NCBI RefSeq assembly: GCF_035084215.1
Contig: NC_090346.1
Coordinates: forward strand, 14,384,001-14,448,000
Length of the DNA stretch: 64,000 nucleotides
From: Heptranchias perlo
Taxonomy: Eukaryota
Reading direction: 5' to 3'
Part shown: piece by piece, positions 1-10,733 of the stretch
Layout of the letters: every line of letters begins with the position of its first letter
Position numbering within the stretch: the stretch's first letter is position 1
Made by a program: the position numbers and the translations under genes
Notes under the pieces: generated by a model
Database searches by the model: none
Told to the model about the DNA's origin: nothing
The model's input: only the letters and a program-made list of their open reading frames with translations

Positions 1-490
1 TGGCCCCCGGGGGAGGGGGGGATTCCGTGTTTACACAGAGCTCACTCGCCTCAGCACCATGTCAATAAACGGCAGCACAAGCCTAACTTGCTACCGACAC
101 AGAGGGGGCGGCAGTCTTCCCGCCGCCCTCTTGATTGACAGCGAGCCAGGCCAGTGAGTGATCAGAACCCAGGGAGGTGCGGCGAACGCGGGCCGCCCGA
201 CCCCACCAATCAGACGCCAGCTTGTCCAAGTTCGGTTGAGTGGGCACCAGCACGCGCGGGCGAGGGGGCGGGGCCGGCCCGCGTGCTGCTAGAACCAGCC
301 GGAACCAACCAATCGCAGCGCCGACTCCGGCGTGGGGTGATCCGTCGTCATCGCTTCACCCGCCCCCCTTTTTTGTGGCGATTACATCATCCAACCAACT
401 TACCCGCCCCACGTGGTGTCTGGGAGTCGATAGTTCCTATGGTTAACATTCGAGTGTATTTTACAAGCGTCGAGGTGGGAGGGCGCAGTT
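1..490 (-). promoter_or_regulatory. CpG-island promoter of the gene downstream of TOM1L2; sterol-responsive architecture (probably SREBF1)
   Basis: GC/CpG-rich. Perfect SRE-1 GTGGGGTGAT (=ATCACCCCAC) at 332-341, CCAAT at 206-210 and 309-313, GC boxes at ~103-110 and 263-275, E-box CACGTG at 410-415. Minus-strand donor GA|GTGAGC at 41-45. Gene identity is inferred only from human TOM1L2-SREBF1 adjacency. Confidence 0.75.
46..60 (-). other. Candidate 3' end of first exon of the downstream gene (ATG GTG CTG AGG CGA | gtgag; MVLRR or 5'UTR/uORF)
   Basis: ATG at 58-60 (minus) followed by a donor GTGAG at 41-45, inside the CpG island. It does not match the known SREBF1 1a/1c N-termini or their phase. 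Confidence 0.35.
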
Positions 491-723
491 TTGTTTCACC
501 AGCTTGACTTGGAATCGTAAAATGTTGCAGCGCAGAAAGAGACTGTTTGGCGCATCATGTCTGCACACGTGTTTTTGTGCTCATGAGCCGCCTAGTCGCA
601 CTTTTTAAAACACCCTCTTTTATTAAACGTGCTCATTCGAAAGAATTCATGGAATCTGCTTCAACAACATTTGTGATCTAGAATTCGGATGTATTTTCTA
701 TGATGTGGAGATACCGGTGATGG

Positions 724-775
724 ACCAGGTTATAGTCCAACAGTTTTATTTGAAACTGTTGGACTATAACCTGGT
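724..775. repeat. Perfect 23-bp inverted repeat (two head-to-head Penelope-type terminal fragments)
   Basis: accaggttatagtccaacagttt (724-746) / 6-nt spacer / aaactgttggactataacctggt (753-775). A related sequence occurs at ~10661-10690. Confidence 0.85.
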
Positions 776-783
776 GTTGTAAG

Positions 784-945
784 ATTCCTTACAGATGTAT
801 TTTCTAACCGTCCCTTAATTACTTTAAATGTGCGCCCTCTCATTACTGTCTCACCGACCAGGGGAAATAATCCTTCACTTTTTATCTTAAAACCCTTCAT
901 AGTCTTGAACATATCCATCAGGTCACTTCTTAACCTTCTCAATTC
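784..945 (-). mobile_element. CR1-type LINE 3' fragment, degraded
   Basis: Translation RRLRSDLMDMFKTMKGF...LFPLVGETVMRG resembles the CR1 ORF2 C-terminus seen elsewhere in the window. Confidence 0.7.
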
Positions 946-990
946 CAGGCCCTAAGCTCTGAAATTCCCTCCCTAAATCTCTCCACCTCT

Positions 991-1534
991 CATAGAAATC
1001 ACAGCAGGCTATTCGGCCCATTGAGTCCATGCCAGCTCTATGCAAGAGCAATCCAGCTAGTCCCACTCCCCCGCTCTATCCCTGTAGCCCTACTGTTTTT
1101 TTCCTTTCAACTACTAATCCAGTTCCCTTTTGAAGGCCATGATTGAATCATGGTGCCTCCACCACCCCCTCAGGCAGTGCATTCCAGATCATAACCACTC
1201 ACTGTAAAGAAGTTTTTCCTCATGTCACCTTTGGTTCTTTTGCCAATCACCTTAAATCTATTGCCCTCTGGTTCTTGACCCTTCTGCCAATAGGAACAGT
1301 TTCGCTCTAGCTGATTTAAATTTGTCTATCAAATCTCCTCGCAACCTTCTCTGTTCCAAGGAGAACAACCCAGCTTCTCCAGTCTATCCACATAACTAAA
1401 GTCCCTCATCCCTGGAATCATTCTAGTAAATCTTTTCTGCACCATCTCCAAGGCCTTCACATCTTTCCTAAAGTGCGGTGCCCAGAACTGGACACAATAC
1501 TCCAGTTGTAATCAAACCAGTGTTTTATAAAGGT
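991..1534 (-). mobile_element. CR1-type LINE 3' fragment
   Basis: Closely similar to 30722-31260, which encodes CR1 ORF2 C-terminus [15 protein letters not shown]. Confidence 0.85.
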
Positions 1535-1584
1535 TCATTTAAGTTGTTCCTTAAAACTTTCTGGGTCTGAAATTGAGTGTGAAA

Positions 1585-1959
1585 ATGCCTGAGGACAAGA
1601 AAGCAGCTCCCAAAAAGGGCGCCAAGAAAACCCTGAATAAAGCACCAGCCAAAGGCGGCAAGAAGCGTAGAAAGTCGAGGAAGGAGAGTTACTCCATCTA
1701 CATCTACAAAGTGATGAAACAGGTTCACCCCGACACCGGCATCTCCTCCAAGGCCATGAGCATCATGAACTCCTTTGTGAACGATATTTTTGAGCGCATC
1801 ACTGGTGAGGCTTCCCGCCTGGCCCATTACAATAAACGCCACACCATCAGCTCCCGGGAGATCCAGACCGCCGTGCGCCTGCTGCTGCCCGGGGAACTGG
1901 CCAAGCACGCCGTGTCAGAAGGGACCAAGGCAGTGACCAAATACACCAGCTCCAAGTAA
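1585..1959 (+). CDS. H2B: Histone H2B, intact ORF (124 aa); orphan, probably a retrocopy
   Basis: [12 protein letters not shown]...[26 protein letters not shown]...AVTKYTSSK. No neighbouring histone genes, no 3' stem-loop, oligo(A) 17 nt after the stop, and inserted within an L2 tail. Confidence 0.92.
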   Translation: MPEDKKAAPKKGAKKTLNKAPAKGGKKRRKSRKESYSIYIYKVMKQVHPDTGISSKAMSIMNSFVNDIFERITGEASRLAHYNKRHTISSREIQTAVRLLLPGELAKHAVSEGTKAVTKYTSSK

Positions 1960-2569
1960 AACTCCACAATGAACTGAAAAAAAAAACACCTACCTCTTTG
2001 ACCAAGCTTTTGTTCACCAATCCTCATATCTCTATGTCAAAATTTTGTCTGATAATGCTCATGTGAAGCGCCTTGAGACTTTTTACTATGTTAAAGGCGC
2101 TATATAAATGCAAGTTGTTGTTTATATTTACTGAGGCCATCTACTGGATGGCTTAGGTGCTCACCTGATTGAAGGGGGGATCCTCATTACTGTATGCAAG
2201 TCGGGTTCCCATGATGTACAATTTCGAGGAACAATTGGGAGTGTGCGCCTAGCATGCTCCACCCAGTTGTACCGGGCGGTGAACAGGAAGAGACCCCAAA
2301 AAGGTAAGTGAAGAATTAATTTTTGTGAGGCGAGTAGGAGCAAGAATTCTCTTCCAGGCCCCACTGGGGCCCTGGGCTCTCTTTCCCCATCCCCATCCCC
2401 TCTCCCCTCCTGGGCCTACCTTCCTGCTGGCCAGGTCGTACTCTGGGCTGTCTGGCCCTGAAAACGGATTAGGGCCTCCGGTCAGCAGGATCAGGCGGGC
2501 GGTACATGCGCTCGGCTGGCTAACTGCTCCAGAGTTAAACTCTACCCTGTAGCATCACTAGAGAGTTAA

Positions 2570-3035
2570 ATGAGAGGTTATACCTATCAGGGAAGATTGA
2601 GCAGACTGGGGCTCTTTTATCCAGAAAAGAGAAGACTGAGGGGGTGACCTGATAGAGGTCTTTAAAGTCATAAAAGGGTTTGATAGGTTAGACATAGAGA
2701 GGATGTTTTCCGCTTATGGGGGAGACCAGAGCTGGGGGCCATAAATACAAGATAGTCACTAATAAATCCAACTGGGAATTCAGCAGCAACTGCTTTACCC
2801 AGAATGTGGTTAGAATGTGGAACTTACTAGCACAAGGAGTAGTTGAGGCGAATAGCTTAGATGCATTTAAGGGGAAACTAAATAAACACGAGGGAGAAAG
2901 GAATAGAAGGATATGCTGATAGGGTTAGATGAAGTAGGGAGGGAGGAGGCTCTTGTGGACCATAATTACCGGCATGGACCTGTTGGGCTGAATGGCCTGT
3001 TTCTGTGCTGTACATTCTATGTAATTCCATGTAAC
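2570..3035 (+). mobile_element. CR1-type LINE 3' fragment
   Basis: Translation ...CFTQNVVRMWNLL...VVEANSLDAFKGKL and the typical tail gggctgaatggcctgtttctgtgctgta. Confidence 0.8.
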
Positions 3036-3386
3036 TCATGGAGGGTATATGCATGAATTAAGTTCATTGCATCATTTAATCCTCAAGAATACTCCCCTTG
3101 ATTTAGAAAGATGAGACGAGGCTGGAGAGGGGGGCCAAATTACTTTGTACTCATCCTAATAATATCTCCAAAGTTCTACAATATGCAATCACAATTGTTT
3201 TTAGGGCAGTATTTGTGCAGCCAAGAAGGGCAATTTAGCCTAATAGCTAGGTATACCTCTAATCTAATTTTTAACAGGCAGGAGGAAAGTCATGTGAATG
3301 GTGGTTTCTCTTTGTTTATTTGCTGTTGGAGTAGGGTTGCCAACCCTCCAGGATTGTCCTGGAGTCTCCAAGAATTGCAGGTTAAT

Positions 3387-3480
3387 GGGTATGGTAGCAT
3401 AGTGGTTATGTTACTGGACTAGTAATCCTAGAGGCCCGGACTAATCATCTGGAGTCATGAGTTCAAATCCTGTCACGGCA
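3387..3480 (+). promoter_or_regulatory. tRNA-derived Pol III internal promoter (A and B boxes) heading the LINE
   Basis: A box TAGCATAGTGG at 3395-3405, anticodon-like arm CTGGA-CTAGTAA-TCC(T)AG at 3414-3431, B box GAGTTCAAATCC at 3459-3470. Confidence 0.8.
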
Positions 3481-6400
3481 GCTGGGGAATTTAAATTCAA
3501 TTAATTAAATAAAATCTGGAACTAAAAAAACTAGAATCAGTAATGGTGGCCATGAAACTACCGGATTGTCGTAAAAACCCATCTGGTTCACTAATGTCCT
3601 TTAGGGAAGGAAACCTGCCGTCCTTACCCAGTCTGGACTATATATGACTCCAGACCCACAGCAATGTGGTTGATTGTCAATTGCCCTCTGAAATGGCCTA
3701 GCAAGCCACTCAGTTGTAAAATCTCGCTTAAAAAAGTCATAATAAGAATAAAACCGGATGGACCATCTAGGCACCGGTCACGACAAAGGCAAACCAAGCC
3801 CAGTCGACCCTGCAAAGTCCTCCTCACGAACATCTGGGGACTTGTGCCAAAATTGGGAGAGCTGTCCCACAGACGAGTCAAGCAGCAGCCTGACATAGCC
3901 ATACTCACAGAATCATATCTTTCAGCCAACATCCCAGACTCTTCCATCACCATCCCCGGGTATGTCCTGTTCCACCGGCAGGACAGACCCACCAGAGGTG
4001 GCGGTTCAGTGACATACAGTCAGGATGGAGTAGCCCTGGGAGTCCTCAACATTGACTTTGGACCCCATGAAATTTCATGGCACCGGGTCAAACATGGGCA
4101 AGGATTACCACCTACCGTCCTCCTACCGTCCTCCCTCAGCTGATGAATCAGTCCTCCTCCATGTTGAGCACCACTTGGAGGAAGCACTGAGGGTAGCAAG
4201 GGCACAGAATGTACTCTGGGTGGGGGACTTCAATGTCCATCACCAAGAGTGGCTTGGTAGCTCCACTACTGACCGAGCTGGCCGAGTCCTGAAGGACATA
4301 GCTGCCAGACTGGGCCTACTGGCAGGTAGTGAGCGAACCAACATGAGGGCAAAACCTATTTGACCTCGTCCTCACCAATCTACCTGTTGCAAATGCATCT
4401 GTCTATGACAGTATTGGTAGGAGTGACCGTGACCACAGCACAGTCCTCGTGGAGATGAAGTCCCGTCTTCGCACTAAGGACACCATCCAACGTGTTGTGT
4501 GGCACTATCACTGTGCTAAATGGGATAGATTCAGAACATATCTAGCAGCTCAAAACTGGGCATCCATGAGGCGCTGTGGGCCATCAGCAGCAGAATTGTA
4601 TTCCAGCACACTCTGTAACCTCATGGCCTGGCATATTTCTCACTCTACCATTACCAACAAGCCAGGGGATCAACCCTGGTACAATGAGGAGTGTAGAAGA
4701 ACATGCCAGGAGCAGCACCAGGCGTACCTAAAAATGCTATAGACAGAGCTAAGCGATTCCACAACCAACCGATGAGATCAAAGCTCTGCAGTCATGAATA
4801 GTGGTGGACAATTAAACAACTAACAGGAAGAGGAGGGTCTGTAAACATCCCCATCCTCAATGGTGGCTGAGTCCAGCACGTGAGTGCAAAAGACAAGGCT
4901 GAAGCGTTTGCAACCATCTTCAGCCAGAAGTGCCGAGTCGATGATCCATCTTGGCCTCCTCCTGATATCCTCATCATCACAGAAGCCAGTCTTCAGCCAA
5001 TTCAATTCACTCCCCATGATATCAAGAAACGGCTGAGCGCACTGAATACAGCAAAGACTATGGGCCCTGACAACATCTCGGCTGTAGTGCTGAAGACTTG
5101 TGTTCCAAAACTAGCCGCGCCTCTAGCCAAACTGTTCCAGTACAGCTACAACACTGGCATCTACCCGACAATGTGGAAAATTGCCCAGGTATGTCCTGTC
5201 CACAAACAGCAGGACAAATCCAATCTGGCCAATTACCGCCCCATCAGCAAAGTGACGGAAGTTGTCGTCGACAATGCTATCAAGCGGCACTTCCTCACCA
5301 ATAACCTGCTCACCGATGCTCAGTTTGGGTTCCGCCAGGACCACTCGGCTCCAGACCTCATTACAGCCTTGGTCCAATCATGGACAAAAGAGCTGAATTC
5401 CAGAGGTGAGATGAGAGTGACTGCCCTTGACATCAAGGCAGCATTTGACTGAGTGTGGCACCAAGCAGCCCTAGTAAAATTGAAGTCAATGGGAATCAGG
5501 GGGAAAACTCTCCAGTGGCTGGAGTCATACCTAGCACAAAGGAAGATGGTAGTGGTTGTTGGAGGCCAATCATCTCAGCCCCAGGACATTGCTGCAGGAG
5601 TTCCTCAGGGCAATGTCCTAGGCCCAACCATCTTCAGCTGCTTCATCAATGACCTTCCCTCCATCACAAGGTCAGAAATGGGGATGTTCGCTGATGATTG
5701 CACAGTGTTCAGTTCCATTCGCAACCCCTCAGATAATGAAGCAGTCCGTGCCCGCCTGCAGCAAGACCTGGACAACATCCAGGCTTGGGCTGATAAGTGG
5801 CAAGTAACATTCGCACCAGACAAGTGCCAGGCAATGACCATCTCCAACAAGAGAGAGTCTAACCACCTCCCCTTGACATTCAACGGCATAACCATCGCCG
5901 AATCCCCCGTCATCAACATCCTGGGGGTCACCATTGACCAGAAACTTAACTGGACCAGCCATATAAATACTGTGGTTACAAGAGCAGGTCAGAAGCCGGG
6001 TATTCTGAGGCGAGTGACTCACCTCCTGACTCCCCAAAGCCTTTCCACCATTTACAAGGCACAAGTCAGGAGTGTGATGGAATACTCTCCACTTGCCTGG
6101 ATGAGTGCAGCTTCAACAACACTTAAGAAGCTCGACACCATCCAGGACAAAGCAGCCCGCTTGATTGGCACCCCATCCACCACCCTAAACATTCACTCCC
6201 TTCACCACCGGCGCACAGTGGCTGCAGTATGTACCATCCACGGGATGCATTGCAGCAACTCGCCAAGGCTTCTTCGACAGCATCTCCGAAACCCTTGACC
6301 TCTGCCACCTAGAAGGACAAGAGCAGCAGGCACATGGGAACAACACCACCTGCACGTTCCCCTCCAAGTCACACACCATCCCAACTTGGAAATATATCGC

Positions 6401-6592
6401 CGTTCCTTCATCGTCGCTGGGTCAAAATCCTGGAACTCCCTTCCTAACAGCACTGTGGGAGAACCTTCACCACACGGACTGCAGCGGTTCAAGAAGGCGG
6501 CTCACCACCACCTTCTCAAGGGCAATTAGGGATGAGCAATAAATGCTGGCCTCGCCAGCGACGCCCACATCCCATGAACGACTAAAAAAAAA
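3387..6592 (+). mobile_element. Near full-length APE-RT non-LTR retrotransposon with tRNA-derived 5' head; disrupted ORF
   Basis: APE motifs (TNIWGL, PDIAILTESYL, VGDFNVHH), RT motifs (QFGFR, LDIKAAFD, GVPQG, FADD), 3' AATAAA and A tail at 6584-6592. Several frameshifts, stops and deletions. Confidence 0.93.
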
Positions 6593-6809
6593 TGTGATGA
6601 AACCTCCAGGAATACGTCCAACCAGAGTTGGCAACCTTATGTTGGAGACACTCGTGTGTTTCCTCCATCCCTATTACCACACCGCTGTATAAATGGAGGG
6701 GAGTTCTGTGTCTCCCACAGTGTCCAGGTCCCAAATTCCCTCTATTCCTATGATAACATGCTGTTGGAGACATTGGAAAATGTGAACCTACATCATTCCT
6801 CTTCAAAAT

Positions 6810-7585
6810 TAGGGTTCAAAATATAGAAGATTAAGGGGTGATCTAATTGAGGTGTTTAAGATAGTTAAAGGATTTGATAGGGTAGATAGAGAGAAACTAT
6901 TTTTTTCTGTTGGGGGAGTCCAGAACAAGGGAGCATTACCTTAAAATTAGAGCTAGGCCAGCCAAGGGTGATGTCAGGAATCACTTCTTCACACAAAGGG
7001 TAATGGAAATCTCGAACTCTTCCCACGCCACCCCAAAATGCTGTTGAGGCTTGGGGTCAATTGGAAATTTCAAAATTGAGATTGATAGATTTTTGTTGGA
7101 AAAGGGTATTAATAGACATGGAACCAAGGCAGGTAAATTTAGTTGAGATACAAATCAGCCATAATCTAATTGAAAGATGGAACAGGTTTGAGGGGCTGAA
7201 TGGCCTACTCCTGTTTCTATGTTCCTAAAATTATGAGGGGTTGTGATAGAGTAGATAGGGAGAAATTGTTTCCACTGGCAGGAAGGTTGGTAAGCAGAGG
7301 ACAGAGATTTAAGATATTTGGCAAAGGTACCAGAATTAGTCAAGGAGAATTTTTTTTTTACACAGCGAGTTGTTATGATCTGGAATGCACTTCCTGAAAG
7401 TGTGCTGGAAGTAGATTCAATAGTAACTTTCAAAAGGGAATTGAATATATACTCAAAAAGGAAAAATTTGCAGGGCTATGGGGAAAACGTGGAGAATGGG
7501 ACTAATTGAATAACTCTTACAAAGTGCCGGCACGGGCACAATGGGCTGAATGGCCTCCTTCTCTGCTGTAAGACTCTATGATTCC
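6810..7585 (+). mobile_element. Two tandem CR1-type LINE 3' fragments (~6810-7225 and ~7226-7585)
   Basis: CR1 C-terminal coding remnants ([11 protein letters not shown]; FFTQRVVMIWNALP). Each ends in the gggctgaatggcct tail. Confidence 0.8.
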
Positions 7586-7967
7586 TGTCATTACGATGGG
7601 CTCAATAGGGGCTGGTGGCACACTTCAAAAGAAAAAAAGTGGTGCTCGTAGGTCTTGGGTGTGCTTCTCTGCTGCCCTCCTAGCGCTCCAATCTACAACC
7701 TAAAGACAGCTCAAGTAACAGGGATTCATCCAGTAGAATTAGCATGCTGCTGATGTGCCTTGGAGCACCAGCACATATCGCCAACTGTAGTGCTCTTAGG
7801 CCACTCTCCTAAGACCCGAGACCTGTGACCTCCACACTGCTGCTTCCAATCGAGCCTGGTGACCTACAATTCCCAAAGCTCATGGGGAGGGAATCTGGCC
7901 TTGTGCTTTAAGTTTTAAATGCAGACATGATGGCAGGTATAAGACTCAGACACATGGGTCTCTGATT

Positions 7968-8250
7968 GTCAGAGGTGCTGACTTTAGGATGAGATGTTAA
8001 ACCAAGGCCCCGTCTGTCCTCTCAGATGAATGCACGAGAGTTCTCCCCTGGGTCCTGGCCAATGTTCTTCCCTCGACCAACATCACTAAAATAGATTATC
8101 TGGTCATTTTCATGTAGGACCTTGCTGTGCATAATCTGACTGCCATGTTTGCTTGCATAATAATAGAGACTGTACTTGAAAAGTAATCTATTAGTTGTGA
8201 AATGCTTTTGGACATCCTAAGGAGGAAGTAAGATGCTATATAAATGGAAG
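7968..8250 (+). mobile_element. DeuSINE (SacSINE1-like) fragment
   Basis: Deu-domain-like core ggatgagatgttaaaccaaggccccgtctg...gtcctggccaat with an L2-like tail. Confidence 0.7.
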
Positions 8251-10694
8251 TTATTTTTTTTCCCTTTAGACACTGCGATAGACTGCAAATGGCATGTAAG
8301 CTTTGAATGTGAGATTTTATGCTGCTATTACTGGACTGTTCTGTACTTTGACCTAATACATGAATCTCAGAGCGGCAATGGATAGACCATTACATCAATG
8401 CTGTATCATTTACACACATACATAATGGAAAGACTTAACACTTTTTGCAATGGATACAGTGTACACAATTCTACATTAGATCACTATACAATTAGTATCT
8501 GTGCTGTAATTGCTCATCGCACTGTTATAATACCCTGGGGTATACTTACTCAGCACATTGATTTTGGTTTTATTTATACCTCTCCTTAAATCTCTCCATT
8601 AAGATTCTGCTCACCATTGCTGTGACTGTCATGGTAATTTGAACCTCCATTTGCTGTCCGGTTAAATCAGTAAAATGTACTTCAGATAGCATAGAAGGGC
8701 CAGTGTCTGTTCAGTATAGGATCGGATGGTGATAATGAACTCCAAGCATACAATTCTCAGAGTAAGTCCAATACATATAGGGCTTTGGTTTAATGATCAA
8801 CTACTACTTTATTCCGTCCCCCGCCCCAAACCTGTAGGTCAAACACACCACACTTGTTTAATGCAACTTTCCATATTTTATGTAGAACAACTAACAGTTA
8901 GGAGGTGAATTACAGAGCTGTTTGCAGACTAGTCATTTTAAATGGACCTTTGAAAATAATAGGGGTTGCACAGTTCTGCATTGAAAGAAGTTAAATATAT
9001 ACAACAGTAAGCTTTTGGCATTTCAAAAGAAAAAGTTTGATTTTAAATTAAATTAAATAATTATTTTAATGACACTGCTATAAGCCTCTTGTTATAATAA
9101 ATCTATGGTGGGAGACATACCCAATAAAATGAGGGGTGCAGCCATTTCATGTGGTTTTGTTCCTTAGTGAGGGGGCCATGATAATGTGCATGGTTTTGCT
9201 ACATCAAATTGTTTATAACAAGGGTCTGTAATTACCCTCTCAATGTGCAATAGCTGGCCTCAGCACCCCCAGGCTAAAAGGGGGGGGGGGGAAAGGGGGA
9301 AATCAGCCAGGGTTCTCACTCCCAATCCAGTGACCCCCTCCCCTCCCCTCCCAACTCAGAAAGTATGCATGTGGGGACTGTGATGACTCCCCTGGTCAAA
9401 TATTCTGCATGTGAAGAATAGCCCAATTGTTCAAAGTATCAGAGGGCCGCTGGCACACGTGGAACTGTATCCCAGCAACAGTCAAGTGCTTCATGAAGGC
9501 AGAGAAAATGGGAAAAATAACAATACGTCTAACAGAGCGCAGCTTCATCCCATTCATCCACTAATCAGTAAAATTCCAGCATTGACATTGCTCAGTTGGT
9601 GCAGTGAGACCTTGGGGTGTGGCAATGAGTTTAAACTTTTTAAAAATAATTTTCTTGGCCTTCCCAAACATAATGCGAAACATGAAATGCAAATTACATA
9701 GGAGCAGGGATCAAAATTCCAGTAAGTTCAGGTGACCAAGATATTTCTCAAGCCAGCAAATTATGAATATCAGAAGTCAAGTTGACTATCCATTTCTTAA
9801 TACACGACAACCTATTACACATTTATTCCTAGTTCTACAAATCAAAAAAGAGATAAGACATTGTGATTATCTTACCAATATTCTGCTCTGTGGTAAGACA
9901 CGAAGCAGAACTATGTGGGTGCACATACAAATTGTTAATGAGTTTAAATAAAAAGAAGAAAGCAGAACCTTTCCATTCAATTAGGATTAGTCATTTAGGT
10001 CGTTAACTTCCCATGTGCCTTCTTCAGTATGTTTGTGTGTCTCATTAAAGCTTCCTGTTGCAATTTCAGTGCCATCTGCCCAGGGATGCAGTCCCTATGG
10101 GCACAATTTAAGATTTCCTACTCAGTCTTTGATATTTCCGAGTGGGCTGATTTCCGTGACAAACAAAAATAAAAAAGTAATAATACTGTGTTTGAAACTC
10201 AGAACCGTTCGAGCTCCGACATGCTGTGGCACCGAATGGTTTATTGCCCACCAGCCTCACTCGAAACCGAATTCCAAAATTCAGCTGCATCACTTATGGG
10301 AAAGTTGCCGAGTGTTAGCCAGGTGGTCCCTACAAGGAGATTGATTTTGAACTACATTTGCCCGAGGTGGGGCTGTATATGTGTGTACATGCTGGTTGTA
10401 GCCAGGACTCACGCCAAGATCAGTAAGATAAAAAAAGTTGTTGAAGACTTCGGTCAGCTTGAAGCAGCAACATTTCAGAATAAGACTTGTGAGGGGACTC
10501 CAGGGTGCCGTTTCCTGCTCTCGCGTCGCACTGGGAAATTTCATCAACTTTGCATCTAATTTCCTCCCTTCCCTCGCCTTCACATGGTCCATCTCCGACT
10601 CTTCCTTGATTTTTCTGAGGATAGGCTGTCAACCAATATCTAATTGTAAACAATTTTACAACACCAAGTTATAGTCCAGCAATTTTATTTTAAA

Positions 10695-10733
10695 TTCACA
10701 AGCTTTCGGAGGCTTCCTCCTTCGTCAGGTGAA
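10695..10733 (-). ncRNA. Minimal type I hammerhead ribozyme motif (Penelope-associated), intact core
   Basis: Minus strand reads TTCAC-CTGACGA-A-GGAGG-AAG-CCTCC-GAAA-GCTT-GTGAA: helix I, CUGAnGA, helix II, GAAA, palindromic helix III. Confidence 0.75.

Larger units (their letters stand above)
946..2122 (+). mobile_element. L2-type LINE 3' tail interrupted by a CR1 fragment and the H2B retrocopy
   Basis: Segments 946-990, ~1535-1557 and ~1988-2122 join into the sequence seen uninterrupted (reverse) at 12395-12610. It ends in the tail ...ggcgctatataaatgcaagttgttg. Confidence 0.8.
3332..6639. mobile_element. Non-autonomous hAT-type MITE split by a LINE insertion
   Basis: TIRs TAGGGTTGCCAAC (3332-3344) and GTTGGCAACCTTA (6627-6639). 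Perfect 8-bp TSD tgttggag at 3324-3331 and 6640-6647 (8 bp is characteristic of hAT). Confidence 0.85.

Noticed and set aside
154-507. ORFs in the CpG island
   Set aside because: GC-rich stop-poor sequence with no recognisable protein.
1573-1584. N-terminal extension of H2B in the ORF track
   Set aside because: It starts at TTG; the real start is ATG at 1585.
1525-1908. 127-aa minus-strand ORF
   Set aside because: Antisense shadow of the H2B codon pattern.
3387-3480. Functional tRNA-Thr(AGT) gene
   Set aside because: Disrupted acceptor and anticodon stems, oversized variable region, no terminator; it is a retroelement head.
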